NCBI GenBank assembly: GCA_047967505.1
Contig: CM106538.1
Origin: Dipteris shenzhenensis
Taxonomy: Eukaryota
Strand: one strand, 5' to 3'
DNA length: 64,000 nt
This document shows positions 50,257 through 62,725 of the stretch, piece by piece; within the stretch, counting starts at the first letter, position 1; the number at the start of each line of letters is the position of its first letter. Below the pieces are notes generated by a model, which worked only from the letters and a program-made list of their open reading frames with translations, did not search any database and was not told where the DNA came from. A program made the translations under genes and the position numbers.

Positions 50257-52329
50257 ATTTATGCTCTTTTAGCAGTGATTGTGGTGCTTTGTATGAATAA
50301 TGATTTCTTTAAAACTTGGTGAGGCATGCCCTTGTATGAACTCTTACCATTTCAGGTGGAGTTTTTCTTGGCAGTTTTTAATGTATGTGTGCTCTTTTTA
50401 GTGGGATGTTATCTCAACATTTATATAGCAAAGTGAAACACAAAATTTCTTATCAGTTTATATGGGAGACACTATATGTTGCAGGGACACCTTGCATCTC
50501 TCTTTCTATTTGCCATCTAATTTCAGATGGTTTCATAAGTATGCTAGTACAAGCTAAGGTAGGTTCTTGTCTAATTGTGTTTTCAGATATTAGTCTCAAG
50601 CACCTCACCAAAATAATTTCTTGGTCAATGGATGTGCGTTGAATGTGATCCCCCAAACACTTGGCTTATTAGTCTTTCACACACAAAAACAACCTTCCAT
50701 TGTCTCAAGGCTCTTGCTAATGTTGATCCCATATCCTATCCTTTGCTTCTTAGTTCTTGAGCACAAAGACAATCTTTCACCCTCTGCGTCCGTACCTTGC
50801 ATTAAAGGATCCTTCAATTAGTCTATATGACAGATAAAGTTGTGCTCTGGATTGGCAATGCCTTGAATTCTTGTTCCTCTCTTGTTGAATATAACAAAAA
50901 GGTGGTAGGATTTCAACTATTTATTTATTAAAAATTGTGGCTTTTCATGGCCTCTTTGCAGGTATAATTTCCAAATTGTTGCAAGTTTAGGTATGGTCTT
51001 TCTTTTTTATGGTGCTTTTTTGCACTTATGAATGCCTGTTGGCTTGATGGAGTTAGCTCTTGTTCTCTTCTTCCTTACTTCACAATTAGGGGATATTCCA
51101 TAGACCACATATTATGACGATGAGAGTGTGGAATATTAGCAATAATTTGCTGCATGCTCAAAGATGTGGTGTGCAAGATGTACATTCCAAGCTCATGCAT
51201 TAAATGAGATGATTTTCTTGCACTATACTAGTAATTTTGTGAGCACACCTAAGGAAGAAGAATGCACACATTGACATAGTCTAGAATCCATCCAAAATGA
51301 AAGATGATCAAGGTTAGATCTAGTCTTGATATGAGATGGAAGAAAAGGCAAAAAATGCTCTTGCATGCTTTTGTTGTAATGATTGTTAATGCATAACTTC
51401 TCAAACATGAAGTGATAACATATAGATTTGATTGCATGGATCCTTCAATGGTAATTGCAATCGTGTAGTAGTTGGATTAAAAACCAATGGCACTATGTAA
51501 TAAATTTGATTTTTGCATACTTGTTCGTGTAAATAGAAAAGAGAATCAAAGGGTTATGGGTTATAGCTACTCAATAGATAGGGATGGTCAAAAGCATAGG
51601 ATGCTCAACAATATATGGAAAAAGGTGCAAGTCGGAGAGCAATGAGTAGGAAGAAAATTTCAATGCAATGTCTTTCATGCTACCAAGCCCATTTATTCAA
51701 AGGCATCTAGCTCGAGGATGTTAGCTGGTGAGGGAAGGGAGGGAAGGGGAAATAAGGGATGGAATGGAGGGAAAATGAGATGGGAGAGGGAAAATGGGAA
51801 TTGGATATGTAGAGGTTGCAAGAAATGGGAGTGGGGAGGGAAAGGGAAGGGAGGGGATGGTGGAAGAAGACGAGGGAAAATTAAAAATTGAAAAGGGATC
51901 AGAGGCTCTCCCATATCCTCTCTCATCTCAAGTCTTAGAAATGGGATGAGAGAGGAGATGAGAGGGTATAACTTCACAATAAAAGCTGAGGTTAGTAAGG
52001 AATGCACGTCCCCACTGTTGTGGATGACACTTTCTACAATAGGTGTGTTCCCTTGGAGTTTGACTCCATAATAATGTAGAGATTGCCATAGAAGGCCCAT
52101 CCTACGCTAATATGATCCATAGCACATAAACTAAATGTGCCACCAATGTTCTAGCCATTTTGTTAGACTGTCCCTATAAGGGGCAGGTTATAGCATCGAT
52201 TGAAATCGGATTAGCAGCCACCTGGCATCCATGCAACAGGTTTGGATGGTTGCCAACTGGCCACGTGGCTGATATGGTTCCCTTCCCCAACTCCTTCCTC
52301 CCTTCTTGGGTCCCCTTGTCATTTAAGGA

Positions 52330-53070
52330 CCTCACCAGTTTCAGAACGACTCGTCTCTTGACGCCATATCGTTCTGTACCGAAAGCTTGATGAGCCATCA
52401 TGGATCTCATAAGACCGAATGCCAGCAAATGGGTCCCTGAGACACAGAAGGCCGTGGAGGTGATCTTCCCCGTTTGGGAGGAGCAGCTGAAGAGAAAGGG
52501 GAAGGCCGAAGTGAACGCCCAATCTGTGCATGGTGCTTTGAACGTGCTGCTGAAAACCATTGTTGGACGCGATCCTATTGCCCCGGGAGAGGCTAGCCTC
52601 AAGACTCCAGGTCCTTTCTTGTTTCAGGCATGGCTAGATCCCCAGCTAGCGCCGTCGCCAGCGCGGGACTCCCCCATGTGCTGGAAGAGCTCCTCATACA
52701 CACCTTCCCCATCCCTTTCTTTTTGGTCTCCATCTTCTACAAAAGAATCGTCAAGTTCTTCGGGGGGTTGAATCTATTTCTCCCGATGCTAGTGGGCTAC
52801 GTTGGGAGGGCGGGGCACAAGCTACACGCGGAGCTAGCGAGCAAGGTGAGGGAGGCAGTGAAAGCAGAAGGGGGGAAGCTGAATGCGGAGGCGGTAAGGC
52901 GGATGGAGCCGGTGAAGTCGACGGTGTACGAGGCGTTCAGGATGGCACCGTCGGTGCCATTCAATACAGGAAGGTGCCAGCCGTTAGCGGAGAGAGAGCC
53001 GAAGGTGTTCGAGGAGCCGGATAGCTTCATCGCAAAGAGGTTCATGGGGGAGGAAGGGAAGAAGCTCGTG
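52330..53070 (+). pseudogene. CYP74: CYP74 (allene oxide synthase/hydroperoxide lyase family) pseudogene with internal deletions and no heme-binding C-terminus
   Basis: GLPHVLEELLIHTFPIPFFLV; FGGLNLFLP...GRAGHKLHAELA; VKSTVYEAFRMAPSVP (ExxR); QPLAEREPKVFEEPDSFIAKRFMGEEGKKL. Stops and a frameshift are present. Confidence 0.88.
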
Positions 53071-53479
53071 CGAGCTGAGCTAGTCCTCTCGCACAAACTC
53101 ATTCCAGCATTCATTGAACTGCAGCATCATGACAGCCAGCTCTTTCTCCATGAAGAGTGTAGACTCCGTGTTTTTGCTGCTCGCTTTCTGGTCTTTTCAC
53201 CATGGCATGATGCATCGCGTCAAATTTGTTCATGGATGATGGAATCGCTGACCCAACTTGGTTACCCGAGCCAGCTCAGACCTCCTTTGTCGACAAATTC
53301 TCATAGATTTCCTCCCACAACACATTATAGAACATATTCAATGGGGCAGTTCTTTCGGGCACCCAAATCGTGCCCCCTTGTTGTCTACCCATCAATCACT
53401 TATCCCTGCGAGTGGGCAGACCTATGTATGTTGTTTGTGGAACCAACTCCACCGGATGATTGAGGAGAGGCAAGAGGAG

Positions 53480-55310
53480 CTTGTCTGATAGTGGTTGGGA
53501 TCTGGTCAGGGTTGATGTCAAAGAAGAAAGTCAATAATAGATTGCTACTGGTACTCAGCTTATCGAGGTCCATCCTTGCTCCTCTATAGTCTTGGTGATG
53601 TAGCCCATTGTCTGACAAGTGCTATCGTCACTCTAGAGGTTTGTATCCCCACGTTGAAGATAAAGGATATGTGTATGTGGTCATCATGTGAGTGTCAACA
53701 AGAGGTCAAGTCGTGGTGTTTGCACCTGGTTCCCATGTTGTCCTTGGCTCGAGTCATTGAAGAAATAATGCTTTGGATGGGCTTAGATGGTCCCACATGT
53801 GCTCTCTTCTATGCTCATATAAGTTGTCTCTGTGTCTCTAGGCCTCAAGAAGGAACATGATTAGGGTGTGCTAGGAACACTCTGAGTGGGCCAAACTTGC
53901 TAAAAGACAATGGTGTTGTCCACGGATCTCATACCATACAGGGTATCTGAGTGCAAAGTGATCCTTTGTCGGTCTGTTGCATATCACATAAAGTGCAAAT
54001 CTCTCACGTGAGATGCCCTCTGCTCACTCTATCTCAACCCGTAGCCCTTGTGAAGAATTTCGAAATTGATTAATCGAGATCCTAAGTGCATGTGGAAGAT
54101 GTGTGTAACCGGTGGTTTGGGGAACTCCTCCTCTAAGACCTACAAGTATAGAAGATGAGTTTAAGCAAAAGCTTAGCAGGTGCTAACCAGGTCTTGTATA
54201 TGTGAAGTTGCAAGAGTTACTCTTTGATGGCCTGGTTCACCTCTTGATAGGCGAGGGGAATGGATGAAGCCTCAAGGCTATATTGAGACAATCGCAATTT
54301 GTCCATTTGCATGTTCGAGGATATGATCTTCTCTCATCCCCCTCCTCCAATGTCGTGGAGCCATGGCAGTCTGCCTTGTTCGGATGTCCTGGTACTGAAG
54401 TCCTTGACCCTATGGAAATAAGTGACCTCGTAGAAGGTTGCATCAAGCTATAGAGGGGTAGCCGTGAACTCTCCTAGTATGATGTGATGTGAGACTAATG
54501 GATTGTTGCAGATCATTTGAGCATGAGAAGTCTCTCTAGTAGTCTCCTAGAAGGGATTAGTGTACTTCCCTACTGGGCAGACTAATGAGTCAAAGAGGAG
54601 AGACTTGGTTCTGGGATTCTGAAAGTGAGTGGAAGCAGTGAAGCTCAAGTCTGGCTACTGCAGCATATCCCTTGCTCAAACATGCTTGCATAGCTTGTTG
54701 CATCGTGAAAATACGATCTAAAAACAGAACCCCCAAGTATGCATATGATGCAACGGTCTCTATTGAAACCCATTAAAGGTAAACTACTCTCTGTGTGCAA
54801 CCACTCAAGATGTGTTGAAGATCACGACATTGGTTTCACCCAAGTCGACCTTCAAATCAGTTCCAATTGTGGTCATAAACTCCTCTGTCCATCTTGCCAA
54901 AGTCCTGACTATGCCTGATACCTACTCATATAATCTTTGAAGTGCTCGGGTAATGTCTTGACTCTACTCTAGATCAAGTAGTTTGAAAAGTCAGGCTCAT
55001 GGTACAATATCAAAGGCTTTGTGGATTTCAAGTTGGGATCATGGTACAATATCAAAGGCTTTGTGAAAATCTGCAAAGCAACAATTAACTCTTTGCTTCA
55101 ACGCCCAGGCCTCCCTAGTGACAGCTCTCAATGTAAAGATGTGGTCTAGTGTAGCGTGATTTGCTTGAAAGCTTGCTTGCCCCATCGCTTTGAATCCCTC
55201 ACACTTTGCCTCTCAGGTAACAAGAGTGTTCAAGTGTTGTTGCATAAATCTTGGACATAACATATCAAGTCATGATTGTTATGTAGTTTTTCAAACTCTT
55301 AGGGTCCTTG
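53480..55310 (-). mobile_element. Degenerate RTEX-like LINE retaining part of the RT
   Basis: GQASFQANHATLDHIFTLRA...NCCFADFHKAFDIVP (55040-55190); VASYAYLGVLF; CLSKGYAAV...FQNPRTK. Confidence 0.75.
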
Positions 55311-55315
55311 CCTTG

Positions 55316-55388
<73 letters not shown>
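55316..55388. repeat. (TA)n(GA)n microsatellite at the LINE 5' junction
   Basis: Directly visible. Confidence 0.95.
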
Positions 55389-55393
<5 letters not shown>

Positions 55394-55572
55394 ATTGATA
55401 ATGTCTATTTTCATCTCTGAAATGCTTAAACAGTGGTATGAGAGCATTTGGGTTCTGATTGAAGGTTGAGAGTTGTCGTGAGGTCTTGAATGTCAAAGAG
55501 ATTTGTAGAAAAAAACACATCGAGCTCTTGTGAAGAATGATGGAAACCTCATCAAAGGTTAATTAAATTTTA

Positions 55573-56070
55573 GTGGTCGAGTCGTCCTTGTCCAAGTTCA
55601 ATGGAAGAAATTTTCCATCTTGGCAATTGCTGGTCCGGCTATTTCTCATGGAAAAGGTTTTATGGGGACTCGTGTTAGGGTATGAGAAGAAGCTTGCAAA
55701 CAATCAAGGGTCCAAAATAATTCAAGTGCGGGAGCTTAAAAATGAAAAGTATAAAGGTATGCTTGGCCATGCTCTCAAGTACACAACCGCACAAAATTGG
55801 AACATATGGAGACACTTTTTGGATAAAAAGTGAAGAATTCCAAGATAGTAATAAAGCAAGAATTGTTTGGATTACATATGGGAGATAATGAATCATTGGG
55901 CACACATCGAAACTGCATGGAATAAGTTGTGGGATCAAATGTTGATGATGACGATGAAAAAGCTATGAGCCCTCGCTAGCGACTACTTTGCTCAGGGTAA
56001 TTTCTGACAACCTTGACTTCCATGATATCGGTCTATGCTGCTCAATGAGGAGTGCAAGGTGAAAGCCTTG
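55573..56070 (+). mobile_element. Degenerate Copia gag remnant
   Basis: LSKFNGRNFPSWQLLVRLFLMEKVLWGLVLGYEKK. Confidence 0.65.
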
Positions 56071-57959
56071 ATGTCAGGGGGTTGAGAGCTTGCCTATACA
56101 ATTATTAGTAGCCCCATGACTAGATCCTCCCATAACATGTTTTTTATTTTACTAAATAGAAAGGGAAAAACTTTGAAAAAGAAATGTATTCCCTACCAAA
56201 TTATAAATGGAAAAATTGAATGTTGATTTGCGTATTAAATGCACATTGAAATCTAGAATTATGACGGCATTTAAGATAAACACATTTTATATATATTGCA
56301 CACTAGTAGTGATATTTTTGAATTTTAAGAAACACAAACATTACTACATAAAAATGGCCATTACATAGAAGATCTTAGTTTCATTTCTTTATAGTTTTAT
56401 TTGTGATTCTTGATGGAGAGTACATCGATAGCATGTAGCTCTACTATGGCTTACATGTGCATTACTTAATAGATTCGCATGCTGTTGGATGATTTTAATT
56501 CTGAACTCAATGTTTTATGTTTTAGCCTTGTACCTTGAATCAAGTGTCCTATAAAATTTTTTGGTTATGGTGTACATAAACGCTAATTTAGAATATAATC
56601 TCATTTTTTAAAATGTGACTTAAAAAAAAAAGTAAGAAAATTCTAGAGATGAGACACGACACAAGGTCCATCAAACCTGATCCATGACATAACATGACAT
56701 AAGGCCCGTCATACCTAATCCTCCTGGTAAATATAAGGAGTATGGCTTTTATTATTCGTGATGGAAATAAATTAGCAACTTTCAAAAATGGAATCCCAAA
56801 GAATACATGAATAGAACTTGTGAGTTCTCTCTTTCATAACATGAAAATAGTAATCACTGTGACCTTTAAGATATTATGATCTGTACTACGATCACATCAA
56901 TGTTGGTGGTGTTGTCCTTTGATAGTGCATTCATCGGGGTCATTTCTTTCGTTTCCTGCTCATGTTAAGAACATGCACCCAAAAAGAGATTCAATTGACG
57001 AATAGAAAGAGTTTCCCTTTTACAAAAACCCAAAAATAATAAAATTTGAAAAATTAACAAAGTGAGAAAAGTTTGAAAGCTATAAAATAAAAAAGTTAAA
57101 AGAAAAAAAAGAAAATCCATATATGATGTATGGGGAGAGGTGGCACACTTCCTCTTTGATTATTATAAATGAGAGAGTGTACCTCTCTCTCATCAGCTTT
57201 TGTTTTTATCTATTTCTAGCTTTGCTTTATGCTCTATTCTCTATTTTGCTCAGTTATCTATTTTACATTAGTTAGTTTAGATCTTGAAAGTTTAGTATCT
57301 GTAAAGGTTTGCTCGTATGAACCTTTTCTTGATTGTGTTTGAAAGAATACCTACAGAGCAAGAGAAACACAGTTTTAGTGAATGAACTCAAATATTATTG
57401 ACAAGGGCAAAAACTAGTTTGACATTATCATAAATTATTTATTAAATATTATGTAATTATTATTTGTTTTTTAAATGTGTGAAGAGGTGGAAAGAATGGT
57501 GAAGATGATGTTACATGAAGAAGAAGAAAATGTTATGTGACTCCAAACTTTTATTCCACTGACTATGAATGAGTGATTTGTGACTTGCTCAGACTCTTCA
57601 ATGCTAGGTTCCACCCGCAGTTGGAGAGAAAACTACCCAATCCCATACAAGACAACACTCGCAGTTGAGGTTACCCTGGAATGATCAATCCCTTGCCTTT
57701 TGTGTCCTACACAGAATCTGACGACAATATATCTACAAAGTTTGGGATCCTAGTATTGGGATAGAATAATCTAAAGGAAAAGGCTATTGCTAGTGTGATC
57801 CCGTGTAGAGGGAAGAAGAGGCCAACAACATGGACTTCTAGTGGTTTTCTCGTTTTAAGGTGTCCTCATTTTTTTCTTTTCTCGTGAGGCATCGAATAAG
57901 TCCTCTTAATATAAATTCACAAAGGCTTGGTCACACTCTTCATGTTGTTTAAACTTGCT

Positions 57960-58480
57960 TAACATTGATTGGAGATGGAATTGCGATGGATCTTCAACAT
58001 GGCAAAATGAAGGAAAGCCAACAAAAATCATGGGAGGAACTCTGGGAATTATGTGAACGGTTCTTTTATTGCATGTCATGAAGCTATAAGAGGAGTTGTA
58101 GGAAACACAAGCTGAGCATACAAGTAACAAAATTTTTGGATTGAGATAAAAAAAATTGGAGACCGCCTTCTAATTGATATGAAAAGGACCCATTGGGAAT
58201 GAACATTGGTACATGGATTGTGTTCAAAAGAACATAGTTGGTATCCTCTTGAGACCGTGTGAAGAGGTAACAAACAACCAAGAAAACAATATTTCTATTT
58301 TGGATATTGGAAAGAAGAATGATTTTGTTTAGAAATTGATCAACTTCACTAGGTTGATGTATGTAGTTGGACTTCCTAATCCCTACAATTGAGCCATGTT
58401 CTAGTTTACCTTTGTAAAGTGTACCGAAACCCACTGTTGAATTCCAACTCATTTGAAAAGTTCAATATATCCTTTTCCAA
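57960..58480 (-). pseudogene. Receptor-like kinase (WAK-like) kinase-domain remnant
   Basis: VGFGTLYKGKLEHGSIVGIRKS...EVDQFLNKIILLSNIQNRNIV...FIPNGSF (subdomains I-V) and, in another frame, LAFLHFAMLKIHRN (degenerate LxYLH...IHRD). Confidence 0.75.
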
Positions 58481-58989
58481 TTATATCTTTGAGGAAAGTT
58501 TCGATGTTACGATCCCTTGTTTAGAGACCTCTTGCAAACTGGGACCGTCGTTCTACTTAGAAGGGGAACGAGAAAAAATTCCCTCTTATGATAGAGTGTG
58601 AGGGGTTTATGCTTCAATTCCTTTGAATTTCAATGATGTGTGGAGTCTTCTTATGTGTAAGACTCTGAAATAGGGATATATCCCCATCTCAAGTCTTTCC
58701 CAAGAACTTGTAAGTATGCCTTTTCTTTAGCTCACCCCTCTCGGCTACATGCCATCCAACCGTGATGCCAAATGTCAAGATCATTGTGACTTGTCACTCT
58801 TTATTACGGTAGGCAACCTAGAGGGAAGTTTTCCTTTTCTTAGCTCTCATGTAAGCACATGTCATAATCTCTTGACGTTGATCTTCTTGAAGATCTAATG
58901 GTAGGAATCATCTTGATTTTTGGCTTTATGTTAAATTTGGTATATGTTGTAAAGCTAATTGTTAGGCTCCACATCATTTGCTTTCGAAG

Positions 58990-59287
58990 CATGGATGTTT
59001 TTATCGAAGCTATACTTTTATATTAATATAAAATCTTGGTGAAAGTTTATCAGGATTTTTTTTTAGTTTCACTATATTGACAAAACATAGTAAGATTTTA
59101 TATATTTTCTTTTAAATTTCTAAGTAAAATATGTAAATCTTGGCGAAACTTTTAAAATTTTTATGTAAAAGTTTCAAATCTCGGTGAATTTTTCAAAATT
59201 TTATTTTTATTAGTCCACATATAAACTTTCACTGCCTAGATAAAAGTTTCACTTCTTAACGAAACTAACATAAAAAAATCATCCATG
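58990..59287. mobile_element. hAT-type MITE, 298 bp
   Basis: TIRs CATGGATG...CATCCATG, perfect 8-bp TSD TTTCGAAG (58982-58989 and 59288-59295), AT-rich interior. Confidence 0.85.
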
Positions 59288-60589
59288 TTTCGAAGTGAGT
59301 GCAAATACTCAATTGCATATTCTTCTTCCTTTTTCACCTTTTTCTTTGACAATTGTCACCCATCTTCTTCTTCCTTTTCGCTTCCTCATCTCCTTCTATG
59401 CCTTCCTATCTTTGTTGGCGCATTTCGGCGATAACAATGTTGGAGGAGAGATCTACCGGACAATGAGTGAAGAAACCTGGCTTAAGCACATAGATACCAT
59501 TATAAAGAATTTTGATTCTATTGGGCCGCTCCAAAATCAGATGCTGGAAGAGAGAGTGCCAAATTTCCCGTATGCAGCGGCCAGAAATAGAATCTCAATA
59601 GAATAAGAGCTGAATTCGTTAAAGAATTGAAGATAGGACACTCCCGATTGTAGATGCACGATAGAAGAGCAACACGACGTAGTGCTCATTGATTGGCATA
59701 GCGGCAAGGTTGCTTACACCGTTGTCTCCCACACTTTTGGAATGGATGTCTATGGTGTATTTGACTGCGAATGCTCGTCAAAGCGTCATGCAGAGGTACC
59801 ACGATGCTCGCGGCAAGCTCGTGCTAGTGGCACTAATGGCATGGACTTTCACCGGTGCATTTGTATTCTCTTGGAAGAGCAACAAAACAGATTTTCTCTA
59901 CGCTGGGATACACGAAGGCTTCCTTCTACGCTCAAACCTCCACACTCAGGCTTCCTCTACGCTGAGCCATTTATGCTCTATCTTCTTGTCTAAGCTGATG
60001 CCGTTGAGCATCTATCTTCTTGTCTAAGCTGATGCTTTTTGGAGTCCTTAGCCGTTGAGAATCTTATTATCGAAAGTGCAGCATTGGCCAACAACAAGAA
60101 TGCTAAACGAAGCTGTGGATTTCTTTTTTTGAAAAAGCGTTTGGCCAAGCCACGGTGCTTGTCACAACACCAAAATCATACAAACTCCAATATGTCGCAA
60201 AGGATTCACTTCTCTTGTAGAGAAACCTTTGCAAGCTCTGATGCAAGTGCCTTTAGAGACAGGAGGTCACACGCGAGAATCCTGCTCTCACAAAAGAATG
60301 GCCTTGTCAATATATATTAAGATATTATAAGATACATGCATGCCTCGGAACACAATTTCTCTGGATACCCGCCCAGTTTTGGTTCGTTTCTACACTGTTA
60401 AATATTGTGCCAGAAAGAAGAATTCCAAGGCTCGTAAAGGTCGTTGGTGTGATGGCGTCCTTGTTAGGAAAATATATTTGCAAAGGAGACTTCCGTGGCG
60501 CCAGGATAGGTCGAGTCCAACAAAGAAGCACATGGATTGGCGACAACCAGCTGCCCTGATTATCACAATCTGCAAGGTGGCTTGTGCGT

Positions 60590-61018
60590 GAAACAAATTG
60601 GTGGGCCGAAAGAGTCACATTCAATTTTGAAGTGGTTTTTTGGCCAAACCGATATCCCAAGTGTGATCTTGGGATATCAAAGGTCATAACAATGGTGAGC
60701 TACTTGAAGTTGAGGGCTATGGATCCTACCGCGTAGACTCCGCGTAGAATGGCATCTAGCTTGCTGACCTCAAGACTATTCAATGTATGTTTAATGTGGA
60801 ACATGGAGTAGATACAAGCCATCCTTGTCCACTGTGCATGCAAATGAGAGTACATGCAAAGGGTGGTAAAAAGAATCAAAAGCAATGGGCCTCTGAACTT
60901 GCAAAGATAGATCAAACTAAGGCACCAGATAGGGATGCTCCAGGGAAAGATCCATCATGGAGCCCAATTCTTGAAATTCCTCTTGAGCGAGTACACATTT
61001 GTGCACTTCATGCTATTA
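60590..61018 (+). pseudogene. RAG1/Transib-type DDE transposase, central part (frameshifted)
   Basis: Reconstructed across frameshifts: GPKESHSILKWFFGQTDIPSVI-KGHNNGELLEVEGYGSYRVEWHLAADLKTIQCMFNVEHGVDTSHPCPLC...PILEIPLERVHICALHAII. Confidence 0.7.
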
Positions 61019-61430
61019 TCACAGCATTGATGAAACACTATGCATCATCTTCTTCGAATCTTTCTTTTGTAGTAAAGGTACCAAGCTATCAAGAGCTAAC
61101 CACACTCGCACCTTTTCTAGTCTTTTTTGTCCCTTCCCCCCTCGTTCACAATAGGCATTGTGTAACTTTCTCTATACATCAAACTCATTAGCACATTTGA
61201 GCTTGTCATTCTTCTTCTTTGAAGAAAAAAATTTCAAAGCCTTGACACCACCAAAGCTTGGTTACAAGGAACATTGCTTGTTTTTCCAGATCTTTTCTCA
61301 TCTTTTGTAATCTTTACTTGCCCAAAGTGTAGTCCCATATCTAAAAGAACCTTTTCGATTCTTGCAATCATCCTCTCACTCTCTCGTTGGGGCTTCAAGT
61401 TATATTCATCAATGATGTACAAAATGCACA
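61019..61430 (-). pseudogene. Inverted, truncated duplicate of the transposase C-terminal part
   Basis: Near-identical to 62090-62500. Confidence 0.7.
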
Positions 61431-61903
61431 CAATGAGTACACATTTGTGCACTTCTTGAAATTCCTCTTAAGGGTTTTTATTAAAACACGTATTTTTAAA
61501 AATTAGGATTTTGGGCCCTATATAAAATAACGTGCCCTCATTTTCATTTCATTATTTAAAGAGCTCTCCACTCCCACACCACCTCCCACTTGCCCCTAAT
61601 ATTTCCACCCTATCTCTCACACCCTCACCCTTTCTCTCGCACACTCTCTCCATCCCCCTTGGCCAGGCCCAAGATCAAGGCACCACGGAGACTGGCACAG
61701 CCAGAACCACCTCCAGACTTAGAGACAGAGAGTGAGAGCCTCCCCCCCTCTCCCCCCGATGATCCCCATCGAAGGGAGAAACTGCCAATCCAGAAGCCAG
61801 ACAGGGAGCAAGAGGGACAGAGGAAGGCACAAGAGGAGGGACAGAGGAAGGCACAAGAAGATACTTTGATAGAGACGGATGACTTAGAGAGCATAGAGGA
61901 CGA

Positions 61904-62500
61904 TGCTTCTATAATTCCATGTCATGTATGGTGCATGAGCATATAAAATGTGTTGCCAAAAAGAAAAACAAATCGGTAAATATAGGACCATTCAATATGC
62001 ACATCTCAATGTCCAAGTTAGAGATTACCATGTACTGTGTGAAATGATTATTTCCCCAACCTATCTCCATATTCCGACTAAAGTCATTCATAGCATTGAT
62101 GAAACACTATGCATCATCTTCTTCGAATCTTTCTTTTGTAGTAAAGGTACCAAGCTATCAAGAGCTAACCACACTCGCGCCTTTTCTAGTCTTTTTTGTC
62201 CCTTCCCCTCTCGTTCACAACAGGCATTGTGTAACTTTCTCCATACATCAAACTCATTAGCACATTTGAGCTTGTCATTCTTCTTCTTTGCAGAAAGGAA
62301 TTTCAAAGCCTTGACACCACCAAAGCTTGGTTACAAGGAACATTGCTTGTTTTTCCAGATCTTTTCTCATCTTTTGTAATCTTTACTTGCCCAAAGTGTA
62401 GTCCCATATCTAAAAGAACCTTTTCGATTCTTGCAATCATCCTCTCACTCTCTCGTTGGGGCTTCAAGTTATATTCATCAATGATGTACAAATACACACA
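61904..62500 (-). pseudogene. RAG1/Transib-type transposase C-terminal part (inverted), with a 76-bp intron at 61953-62028
   Basis: ...IEKVLLDMGLHFGQVKI...PSFGGVKALKFLS...KARVWLALDSLVPLL...GWGNNHFTQYM^HILYAHAPYMTWNYRSI. The intron starts GTAATC and ends with a pyrimidine tract plus CAA (decayed CAG). Confidence 0.68.
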
Positions 62501-62569
62501 ATGAGTACAATTTGTGCACTTCTTGAAATTCCTCTTAAGGGTTTTTATTAAAACATGTATTTTTAAAAA

Positions 62570-62593
62570 TTAGGGTTTTGGGCCCTATATAAA
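62570..62593 (+). promoter_or_regulatory. Compact promoter: telo-box (TTAGGGTTT), site II (TGGGCC) and TATA (TATATAAA)
   Basis: TTAGGGTTTTGGGCCCTATATAAA about 135 bp upstream of ATG 62726, followed by a CT-rich leader. A degenerate copy lies at ~61503-61526. Confidence 0.65.
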
Positions 62594-62725
62594 ATAATGT
62601 GCCCTCATTTTCATTTCATTATTTAAAGAGCTCTCCACTCCCACACCACCTCCCACTTGCCCCTAACATTTCCACCCTATCTCTCACACCCTCACCCTTT
62701 CTCTCGCACACTCTCTCCATCCCCC

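Noticed and set aside
51719-52112. Possible solo LTR (TGTTAGC...GCTAATA, purine-rich)
   Set aside because: The end is imperfect, with no TSD, PBS or second copy in the window.
59300-60590. Possible transposase N-terminus and first catalytic Asp
   Set aside because: Frames are fragmented and no motif could be assigned with confidence. No TIR was found.
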